A stretch of DNA of 61,357 bases, filler included. It is 4 parts of 4 records of this genome, joined end to end, with 100 filler letters (N's around TTAATTAATTAA, not from the genome) between each part and the next. Parts side by side here need not be neighbours in the genome. Positions count along the whole stretch, not along the records: positions 50,815 to 61,357 come from SRR22947725_1586; 3 more parts are not named here. One strand, given 5' to 3'. Both the position numbers and the translations under genes were made by a program. Under the pieces are notes generated by a model. That model was not told where the DNA came from. It was given only the letters and a program-made list of their open reading frames with translations, and searched no databases. This document shows, one piece after another, positions 53,472-61,357 of the stretch (positions within the stretch are counted from its first letter, which is position 1; each line of letters begins with the position of its first letter).

Positions 53472-54325
53472 ACAAGCTTAAAATGTTTTTTACTTAAATC
53501 TAAGCCAAAAATATTTTCTAGTTTAATCATAAGTCGATGTTTTTTTTGTTTTTTAGTTAGTTGATAAGACGGATCAGCTTTATAAACCCCATCTTCTGTT
53601 GGTAGCCAATCTTTAATAACCTTTGGATGAGAGCCACTAAATGGAGTAATTATTGATTGATCAATTTGTGAATAGTCAATTACATTTGGATTTTGATTCC
53701 AATACTTATTTACTTTTATACTTTTTAAATTCATTTGTTCTTCATTTCTGACCCAACCATAGTGATAGCACTTAACACCAATTTTTTTTGCCCTCGGATA
53801 TCTCCCTTTTTTATTATTTTTAAGAACAAGCCAAAATAGTCCATCTGGCGCATAAGATCTTATTGAATTTTTTAAAATTCTAGCCTCTGACCTATACCAT
53901 CCAGGAGAGTCAAGAACACTATTTGCGTTTCCATAAAAATGGTAAAAATCTAAAACAAGTGCTTCAACTTCAGATTCATTTTTATATAATTCCATTGCTT
54001 TAGTTATTTTATCTAATTCTTTCTCATGATAAACTTCATCAGCTTCAATATAAAAAATCCAATCACCAGTGCAGTTAAACTGCGCAATCATTTTTTGTTG
54101 GCCATAAACATAACCTCGCTCTCTCATTTCATCATTCCATTGCGACTGAATAATACGAATCTTACTGCTTTTAATTGATTGAATCATTTCAAATGTATTA
54201 TCTTCACTTGTGCCTACATTCACTACAAACTCATCAACTATTGGAAGAATTGATTGAATTGATTGAATAAATGGATAGCCAAGTATTTGTCCATTTTTAA
54301 TAAATGTAAATGCGCTAACTTTCAT
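53468..54325 (-). CDS. GT-A fold glycosyltransferase
   Basis: SAFTFIKNG...YPF, CTGDWIFYIEADE, YHYGWVR. Confidence 0.82.
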   Translation of the reverse strand: MKVSAFTFIKNGQILGYPFIQSIQSILPIVDEFVVNVGTSEDNTFEMIQSIKSSKIRIIQSQWNDEMRERGYVYGQQKMIAQFNCTGDWIFYIEADEVYHEKELDKITKAMELYKNESEVEALVLDFYHFYGNANSVLDSPGWYRSEARILKNSIRSYAPDGLFWLVLKNNKKGRYPRAKKIGVKCYHYGWVRNEEQMNLKSIKVNKYWNQNPNVIDYSQIDQSIITPFSGSHPKVIKDWLPTEDGVYKADPSYQLTKKQKKHRLMIKLENIFGLDLSKKHFKLV

Positions 54326-55112
54326 TTTTCCCTATTGATTTCAAACCATTTTTACACCATGTTATCGAATTGATAAGTGCTTCATTCAAAATTAAATCAT
54401 TTTTTGGTAATGATCTTCTGGAATTTTCTTGATGCCATAAATGAAATTGAATAGCCTTAAAGCGGATATTATTTCTTTTAATACCATTATTAATCAGACG
54501 GATAACAAACTCACTATCCTCTCTTCCCCAACCTTCAAAATCATTATTAAATCCATTTACTGCAATACAATCTTTCCTAAAGAAAGCCATATTACAAGAC
54601 TTAACTCCATGATGATGATTATTTTTAGATGAGAACATCACTGATAGAAGTTTTGAATGAATAGAATTTTTTCTATTTTTCATATTTGGAGAGAAGAGTG
54701 AAAACTTTATTTTTTTTGTGCTTAGTAAAATTTGTGTTTCCTCCTTAGAGATTAATGTCCTTGACCCCTGAACAAAGTATCCCGATTTTGCCTCATCAAC
54801 ATGATCTTTTACAAAACTACGATGTAAGATAGTGTCTCCATCAATTAGAATAATATAATCACCTACAGTTTTTAGAATAGCTTTATTTCTCGACCTAGCG
54901 GCTCTAAAGCCAATATCCTCTTGCCAAGAATGGAGAATATTTAATCCATACTTTTGATTAAAATGACTTATTAAATCTTTTGTTTTATTAGTACTTCCAT
55001 CATCAGCAATAATTATTTCATCTGGAATTAATACTTGGTACCTGACGCTTAGTAAAACTAAAAATAATGACTCTGGCGAATTATAAGTTGTGATTATTAG
55101 AGTAATTTTCAT
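54315..55112 (-). CDS. GT2 glycosyltransferase
   Basis: IITTYN, IADDGS, IDGD, GFNNDFEGWGREDSE. Confidence 0.9.
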   Translation of the reverse strand: MKITLIITTYNSPESLFLVLLSVRYQVLIPDEIIIADDGSTNKTKDLISHFNQKYGLNILHSWQEDIGFRAARSRNKAILKTVGDYIILIDGDTILHRSFVKDHVDEAKSGYFVQGSRTLISKEETQILLSTKKIKFSLFSPNMKNRKNSIHSKLLSVMFSSKNNHHHGVKSCNMAFFRKDCIAVNGFNNDFEGWGREDSEFVIRLINNGIKRNNIRFKAIQFHLWHQENSRRSLPKNDLILNEALINSITWCKNGLKSIGKNES

Positions 55113-55216
55113 TAGTCATTGAGTTATTAGATAAAATAAGAGTAAATTATATGTCATTTGCCCTAAAAGTAACTTATATGGATCAATATTTTAATTTTAT
55201 AATTCTTAATTAATAA

Positions 55217-56005
55217 ATGAAAATTTCAGTCTACATTATTGCTTTTAATGAAATTGATAAAATTAAAGATTGTATTAAAAGCGTTCAATGGGCAGATGAA
55301 ATAATCGTAGCTGACTCTCATAGCACAGATGGTACTACTGAAATGGCTACTGAATTGGGGGCAAAAGTAATCCATATACCTTTCAATGGCTATGGTGATC
55401 TTAGAAATCAAGCTATCTCTCATTGTACTGGAGATTGGATTTTTAGTCTCGACTCAGATGAAAGATGCACATCTAGGGTCAGCAATGAAATCATGCAATT
55501 AGTAAATTCTGGCTTATTAGATATATATCAAATACCAAGAAAAAATTATTTTATGGGTAGATGGATTAAATTTTCTGGTTGGTATCCTAATTTTAGACAG
55601 CCTCAGCTTTTTAAAAAAGGAAAAATGAGTTATACAATGGAAACAGTTCATGAAGGATTTATCAATCATAGTAATAAAGAAATTGGCACTATGAAAAATT
55701 TTATTTGGCAATTTCCTTTTAAGAATACTGAAGAACTAATATACAAAGCTAATCGATACTCTAGTCTGGGAGTTTCAAAATTACAAGAAAAAGGCATAAG
55801 AGGTAGTATCTTGAAAGCTTTTTTACATGGCTTATGGTCTTTTATTAAGCATTATATATTTAAACTTGGATTTTTGGATGGTGGTCCAGGATTTGTAATT
55901 GCATTTGGTAATTTTGAAGGCACTTTTTATAGATATTTAAAACTTACTGAGAGTCAAAAAAACTGGGGTTCTTTTAACCTAGAATCAATCGATAACAGCA
56001 AATGA
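55217..56005 (+). CDS. GT2 LPS core glycosyltransferase (WaaE/KdtX-like)
   Basis: IIAFNE, DSHSTDGT, WIFSLDSDE, VHE, GFLDG. Confidence 0.88.
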   Translation: MKISVYIIAFNEIDKIKDCIKSVQWADEIIVADSHSTDGTTEMATELGAKVIHIPFNGYGDLRNQAISHCTGDWIFSLDSDERCTSRVSNEIMQLVNSGLLDIYQIPRKNYFMGRWIKFSGWYPNFRQPQLFKKGKMSYTMETVHEGFINHSNKEIGTMKNFIWQFPFKNTEELIYKANRYSSLGVSKLQEKGIRGSILKAFLHGLWSFIKHYIFKLGFLDGGPGFVIAFGNFEGTFYRYLKLTESQKNWGSFNLESIDNSK

Positions 56006-57405
56006 TAGTACCTATAGTCTTATCAGGTGGAAGTGGAACAAGATTATGGCCTCTATCAAGAAAGCTTTATCCAAAACAGTTTCTCAGTCTTATTAATGAA
56101 TCCACTTTATTTCAAAGTACGATAGAACGTCTACCTGAGGGTGTTTCTAAACCTCTTATTATTTGTAATGAAGAGCATCGATTTATTGTTGCTGAGCAAC
56201 TACGACAAATTAATTCAGGTAATCAAGGGATTATTCTCGAACCTAATGGTAAGAATACTGCGCCAGCTATAGCTCTTGCGGCACTCAAATTTCTCAATAA
56301 TGATGAAGACCCAATATTACTGGTTTTATCTACCGATCATCTAATTGATGATTTAAAAGAATTTGGTAAGTCTCTCAAAGTTGCAAATGATATTGCTAGA
56401 GCAGGAAAACTAGTTAGTCTAGGTATTAAACCAAGTAGACCTGAAATTGGATATGGCTATATAAAAGTAGATAATTCAATCAAAAATGATAATTACAATA
56501 TTATTTCCTTTACTGAAAAGCCCGATTTAAAAACTGCTAAAGAGTATATTTCATCTGGCTGTTTTTACTGGAATAGTGGAATATTTATGTTTAAAGCTTC
56601 AGCCTTCATAAATGAGTTAGAAACTTATGAGCCAGAAATTTATCATGCATGTAAAAAAGCTTATCTCAAGGCTACTACCGATTCTGATTTCATTCGTCCA
56701 GATAATTTTGAATTTAATAAATCTCCAGAAAAATCAATTGATTATGCAATAATGGAAAAAACTCTTTTTGGTGTAGTTGTCCCATTTAATGGTAGCTGGA
56801 AGGATATTGGCTCTTGGGATGCTTTATGGAGTTCGCAAGAAAAAGACATTGAGAATAATGTGAGTCATGGAGACGTAATTCTAAATAAAGTCAAAAACTC
56901 CTTTATACACAGCTCAGATCGATTAGTAACTTTAAATGACATATCCGATATCATAGTTATAGAGACTTCTGATGCATTATTGGTTTCTAGTAAAAAGAGC
57001 TCTCAAAATATTAAAAACTTAGTCGAACAATTAAATCAAGATGGCAGGAGTGAGGTAGATAATCATCGAAAAGTTTATAGGCCATGGGGATATTATGATT
57101 TAATAGATTGTGGAGATGGATTTCAAGTCAAGAGAATTAATGTTAATCCAGGTGCTAAATTATCACTTCAAAAGCATCATAAAAGAGCAGAACACTGGGT
57201 AGTAGTTAAAGGGATTGCAAGCATTACCTGTGGGACCAAAAACTTCAAACTCAAAGAAAATGAATCAACTTATATCTCTAGAGGGGAGATACATAGACTT
57301 GAGAATAATGAAAAAGAACAACTTGAAATTATTGAAATACAAACTGGAAAATACTTAGGAGAAGATGATATTACTAGACTTGAAGATGACTACAAGAGAA
57401 ACTAA
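56002..57405 (+). CDS. manC: Mannose-1-phosphate guanylyltransferase / mannose-6-phosphate isomerase
   Basis: GGSGTRLWPLSR, NTAPAI, WNSGIF, RPWG, LSLQKHHKRAEHW. Confidence 0.96.
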   Translation: MIVPIVLSGGSGTRLWPLSRKLYPKQFLSLINESTLFQSTIERLPEGVSKPLIICNEEHRFIVAEQLRQINSGNQGIILEPNGKNTAPAIALAALKFLNNDEDPILLVLSTDHLIDDLKEFGKSLKVANDIARAGKLVSLGIKPSRPEIGYGYIKVDNSIKNDNYNIISFTEKPDLKTAKEYISSGCFYWNSGIFMFKASAFINELETYEPEIYHACKKAYLKATTDSDFIRPDNFEFNKSPEKSIDYAIMEKTLFGVVVPFNGSWKDIGSWDALWSSQEKDIENNVSHGDVILNKVKNSFIHSSDRLVTLNDISDIIVIETSDALLVSSKKSSQNIKNLVEQLNQDGRSEVDNHRKVYRPWGYYDLIDCGDGFQVKRINVNPGAKLSLQKHHKRAEHWVVVKGIASITCGTKNFKLKENESTYISRGEIHRLENNEKEQLEIIEIQTGKYLGEDDITRLEDDYKRN

Positions 57406-57421
57406 CAGGCTCTAATTTATC

Positions 57422-58147
57422 TCAACCTTTATTATCTTCATAACCACTGAATATTTTTAATAAAAATAGATAGTGAGGTGTTCTATGGTTAACTGGAACT
57501 CTTGGCAAAGTCAACATATCTGACTTTTCACTTGCCCTCCCTCTTGTCATGGTAACACCAGATAAATAACCAGATTTTTCTACCATACTAACAATGGATT
57601 TATTATGAATTCCAAAAGGATAACAAAAATCTGAAACAGAAATTTTAAATAGCCTTTCTAACTTTTTTTTACTTTTTATTATTTCATCTATTGCCTCTTC
57701 CTTTGAGATAGCTGTTAAATCAGGATGCATATTAGTATGACTCCCAATATCCATACCTAATTCAACCCATTTTTTGACCTCATTTTCTGTCATAAGAGAT
57801 CTTTGAGTGATGCCTTTACCAATATCCCAAATATTAGAAGAGCCTAAACAATTAGAAACAATAAAACAAGTAGCATTAAAATTATATTTTTTTAGAACTG
57901 GGGCTGCATTTATTAAGTTATTTTGATAACCATCATCAAAAGTAATTCCCACAACTTTTCCAAACTTTTCTCCATTCAAATATGGCCTTAAATTACTCAT
58001 ACTTAAGGCTTTATAACCTAAAATCTTAAGTAAAAACATTTGAAATCGAAACTTTCGTGGTGGCACGTGCAAGCTTCTCATTACAGTATCTTTTGGCATT
58101 GATTCTATACTATGGTACATTAAAATTGGAATATTAATTTTTTGCAC
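57422..58147 (-). CDS. Polysaccharide deacetylase (CE4)
   Basis: PILMYH, ITFDDGY, GSHTNMH, FCYPFG. Confidence 0.92.
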   Translation of the reverse strand: MQKINIPILMYHSIESMPKDTVMRSLHVPPRKFRFQMFLLKILGYKALSMSNLRPYLNGEKFGKVVGITFDDGYQNNLINAAPVLKKYNFNATCFIVSNCLGSSNIWDIGKGITQRSLMTENEVKKWVELGMDIGSHTNMHPDLTAISKEEAIDEIIKSKKKLERLFKISVSDFCYPFGIHNKSIVSMVEKSGYLSGVTMTRGRASEKSDMLTLPRVPVNHRTPHYLFLLKIFSGYEDNKG

Positions 58148-58986
58148 TATCTTTTTATTAACCTTTGCATGCGTTGTTTTAGAATAATTAATACAGGTCT
58201 TTTAATTTTTAAATCTTGCGCCAAGTTTTTTAAATCATTAAATTCCTTAGTTTTATTTTTATCAAAAAATTCAAATAATACTTTTGAAGCATATTCTTTT
58301 TTTCTGGAAGTCGAATACAAACTCACATATTTTTTTCCTTCAACCAATTTGAAGCTTCTCAATAAACTTTCTGATAATGAGAATTCCTCAATAGTATGAA
58401 CTGGAACTATTTCATATAACCTTAACATCAACTTATCTGCCCAATCAAGACTTTTACGCATATTTGGCATAATTCCAACCATGAGAGATCCCCACAAAGC
58501 AGAATTTTTAGAGAGCTTATATAGCTCACCTTCAACTTCTAAACTTTTTCCCTCCAAATATCTTCGATAAACATTAAATCTTTTTCGCTTATAAATCAAG
58601 CCTTCATTAAGATAAAAAACTGCTTGATTTGGCTTGATTAAATTAAAAAGTGGTAGTGGGTTTTTATGAAAATATGTATCCGTATCGAAAAATAAAATTT
58701 TATCTTCATTATCTAAGTTTAATTCATCCATTACGAATCCTAAGCCTCGATTTTTGATCCTAAAATGATATTGTCCATTAAGAGACCATTGTTTTTTTTG
58801 TTCTTGAGATATTTTTAGAATTTTAACTGGGTAACTATAAAACTCCTCTGGTTTTTCAGTCAAAATCACTATTTCTAAATTATCATTTTCTGGTAGCCAA
58901 TGTTTAAAGGTCAGGATACTAAACTTTGCGCCATCATAATATTCTTGATTTTCGCCATAAATAATATATAAGACAAAATTTTTCAT
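58147..58986 (-). CDS. Hypothetical protein, probable GT-A-fold sugar transferase
   Basis: ILFFDTDTYF DxD motif after a hydrophobic strand; inside the LPS operon with overlapping neighbours. Confidence 0.55.
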   Translation of the reverse strand: MKNFVLYIIYGENQEYYDGAKFSILTFKHWLPENDNLEIVILTEKPEEFYSYPVKILKISQEQKKQWSLNGQYHFRIKNRGLGFVMDELNLDNEDKILFFDTDTYFHKNPLPLFNLIKPNQAVFYLNEGLIYKRKRFNVYRRYLEGKSLEVEGELYKLSKNSALWGSLMVGIMPNMRKSLDWADKLMLRLYEIVPVHTIEEFSLSESLLRSFKLVEGKKYVSLYSTSRKKEYASKVLFEFFDKNKTKEFNDLKNLAQDLKIKRPVLIILKQRMQRLIKR

Positions 58987-60080
58987 AAGTTCTTCATATC
59001 AGACTTATTTATTAAGTATTTCTTAACTATATTTATAATTTCTTTAGGTTTTATATTGTATATAAACTCATCTGTATTATGATTACTACCACAACCAACC
59101 AATCCGCAAGATTTACAAGGCAAGGAAGATTGAAATAAAGTAATATTGTGATAAGTCTGTATTGACTTATTCTCCCTAGTAGCCTTTTGAAGAAAATTAC
59201 ACCAAGGTGACCACATTTTCAGATTAGTTGGGCCAAATATTGCAAAAATAGGCTTATTTTGAGAAGCAGCAATATGCATATTAAGAGTATCCATTCCTAT
59301 ATAAGCCATGCTTAATTGACTAAGTACAAAATACTCTTCCAAAGAAGTTTTTCCAATAAAATTATGAATGTTTATAGCGATAGGGATCTCTTTTTTAATT
59401 TCAGAGTCTATTTTATTTTTACTACCAGTTATCAAAATAGGAATTTCAAGATCATTTAAACTCTTTAGCAATTCATCTCTAAGATGTCGAGGATAAATCT
59501 TATATTTATACTGGGCTGATGGATGAAAAATTATAAAATTTTTTATACCATTAATAGCTAATTTATTTTTAACACTTGCAATTATGCCATCTGAAATAGC
59601 AATAGGTTTCTGAATATTTTTGTGTTTAAGATTTAATAAGTTCAATGACTCTGAATTATTAATAAGTATATGTTTGTCAATATCAAAATAATAAAAATGG
59701 GTAAGTAAAAGTTTTTTCCACCAAGATTTACTTTTATTTTTTTCAATTGCACTTATTGAATATTTACTAGCTAAAAGTGCATATAAAACACTTCGATCAC
59801 TAGCTGTTAGATTAATACTTAAGTCATATTTCCTATAAATTTTTGTAATTAATTCTTTTTCTTGATTCCAACGATTATTTTTTTTCTTTAAATAAGAGAA
59901 CTGATGAATAAAATTGATATGAGGAAGCAACTTTGCTATTGGATAAGTATCGTCATTTACCAATAAATCAATTTTCGGAGAGTTATATTTTTCAAAAAGA
60001 GTATAAATTAAATTCGAACTAAGAAAAACATCTCCATTAGATCTTTGAATGACTATGAGAATTTTTTTAGGATTTTTCAA
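58983..60080 (-). CDS. GT9 heptosyltransferase (WaaQ-like)
   Basis: KILIV...GDV, FHPSA, GMDTLNMHIAAS, FGPT. Confidence 0.85.
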   Translation of the reverse strand: MKNPKKILIVIQRSNGDVFLSSNLIYTLFEKYNSPKIDLLVNDDTYPIAKLLPHINFIHQFSYLKKKNNRWNQEKELITKIYRKYDLSINLTASDRSVLYALLASKYSISAIEKNKSKSWWKKLLLTHFYYFDIDKHILINNSESLNLLNLKHKNIQKPIAISDGIIASVKNKLAINGIKNFIIFHPSAQYKYKIYPRHLRDELLKSLNDLEIPILITGSKNKIDSEIKKEIPIAINIHNFIGKTSLEEYFVLSQLSMAYIGMDTLNMHIAASQNKPIFAIFGPTNLKMWSPWCNFLQKATRENKSIQTYHNITLFQSSLPCKSCGLVGCGSNHNTDEFIYNIKPKEIINIVKKYLINKSDMKNL

Positions 60081-61266
60081 AATCTTTATATAGAAAAGAA
60101 CTAAAAAAAATGTACAAAAGAGAGGTGTAATGCCCTAAAAGATAAGAGTCGCTGAACATGATTAGTAAAAAAAGCAAAGGTAAGGCAGCTCCTGTATCTT
60201 TTATAAACCTATTTTTAGATAAGAAAGACCATTTAATTTGATAATAAAAAATCATTAAAAAACTTGATAACCCAAGCAATCCAAGCTGAGATAGAATAAG
60301 AGTATACATATTATGAGGATTAGTTGCATTTGGTTGACTAGGAGTATTTTTTCTATTTATTTTTTTATATTCAGCAGGAAAGTCTCCAGTGCCAACACCA
60401 ATAAATGGATTTTGAGAAATTATTTCCCAAGAATTAATTGCAAAAGTTATTCTCTGACCAATTGGGCTACTTTTATCAGAGTCATAATTTTGAATTCCAA
60501 CTATTACATCATTTGCTCTTTTTTGAAAAAGGGAACTCGACTGATATGCACTAAAGAAAACACTACTAGTTACAATAATAATAACAATAATAGCTTTAAA
60601 TTTTTGAGCACTAAAATACTGAAAAATTAGAATTGCTAAAACAGCAAAAAACATTACCTGGCCAGCACGGCCTCCAGTGATAAACATATTAAAAGTCATG
60701 CTAATTGAAAAGAAGCTATACAGGCAAATCTCTATCTTTTTTAATTTAAAGTTAAAAAATATTTGGTGAAGAACTAGATAGATAGCAAAAGCTAAAATAG
60801 GATTGTATGAAATGTGGCTCATAAAAGGAGTTGGATTTTTTGTTTGAGCATTTTTAAACTCTGGAAGTACTTCAAACCAAACTAAATAAGACAAAACTTC
60901 AGTTACAAAAATAGCCAACAAAAAAGCAAAAATATAGTGCTTAACATTCTCTCTTTTAACCACTGAATAGAGGATTGGAAATAATAATAAGAAATACCAC
61001 ATTTTATGGACAATGTGAAGTCCCCACTTCACATCTTTTGTCCATAATAAGCCTATAACATGAAGTAAAAAAAACATTATTGAGCTTAATAATAATTTAT
61101 TACTTATTATTTGATTAAATTTTGTTTTGTATTTGCCAGACAATAGCCAGAGAGAACATAGAATTACAATGATAAGATTAGCACCAAAAACAGTTAGAGG
61201 CATAAGAAATGCCAATATAATTAGAAGATATTGGTATATCTTATCTAAACTTAAATGCTTAAGCAT
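60067..61266 (-). CDS. waaL: O-antigen ligase family protein
   Basis: Many TM helices, TGGRAG, PFIGVGTG, NPHNMY. Confidence 0.82.
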   Translation of the reverse strand: MLKHLSLDKIYQYLLIILAFLMPLTVFGANLIIVILCSLWLLSGKYKTKFNQIISNKLLLSSIMFFLLHVIGLLWTKDVKWGLHIVHKMWYFLLLFPILYSVVKRENVKHYIFAFLLAIFVTEVLSYLVWFEVLPEFKNAQTKNPTPFMSHISYNPILAFAIYLVLHQIFFNFKLKKIEICLYSFFSISMTFNMFITGGRAGQVMFFAVLAILIFQYFSAQKFKAIIVIIIVTSSVFFSAYQSSSLFQKRANDVIVGIQNYDSDKSSPIGQRITFAINSWEIISQNPFIGVGTGDFPAEYKKINRKNTPSQPNATNPHNMYTLILSQLGLLGLSSFLMIFYYQIKWSFLSKNRFIKDTGAALPLLFLLIMFSDSYLLGHYTSLLYIFFSSFLYKDFEKS

Positions 61267-61321
61267 GGTATTCCATTTTTACAAAATTTATTATTAAGTA
61301 TTATTATACTCACCTTAATTT

Positions 61322-61357
61322 ATGTCTATAAAAACTATTTTTCTTGATCGTGATGGA
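61322..61357 (+). CDS. gmhB: Probable heptose-1,7-bisphosphate phosphatase, first 12 codons
   Basis: MSIKTIFLDRDG HAD motif in a heptose locus; cut by window end. Confidence 0.8.
   Translation, partial: MSIKTIFLDRDG

Overview
The window is not one genome. It is four unrelated, AT-rich contigs joined by artificial 100-nt spacers (44 N + TTAATTAATTAA + 44 N) at 11759-11858, 24018-24117 and 50715-50814. Taxonomic labels below are inferred from gene order and protein style, not from a search. Contig A (1-11758) looks like SAR11/Pelagibacter core genome: metK, lnt, ybeY, phoH, miaB, fur, short tsaB, a deacetylase, a glucosaminidase, nifU, trpS, murJ and maeB. Contig B (11859-24017) looks like a streamlined gammaproteobacterium such as SAR86: an M16 peptidase, an SLT lipoprotein, ligA-zipA-smc and ccm genes. 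Contig C (24118-50714) looks like a streamlined low-GC marine actinobacterium (Ca. Actinomarina-like): the khpA/rimM to rpsO translation supercluster, interrupted by cofG/cofH and gap-gap-rid-C26 hydrolase. Contig D (50815-61357) is an LPS core/heptose locus. I found no tRNA, rRNA, CRISPR array or mobile element. The strongest novelty candidates are: (1) an SMC with intact ATPase heads but no recognisable hinge, whose two arms carry matched tandem duplications (120 aa and 143 aa, both about 51-52% identical by hand count) around a ~49-aa apex; (2) a GAPDH paralogue lacking the catalytic cysteine, translationally coupled to a canonical GAPDH; (3) a CofH with a degenerate CofG-like N-terminal domain next to an intact CofG; (4) a ~42-aa insertion inside the LigA zinc finger; (5) an unannotated 35-aa leaderless membrane ORF, and a lepB with no canonical start codon.
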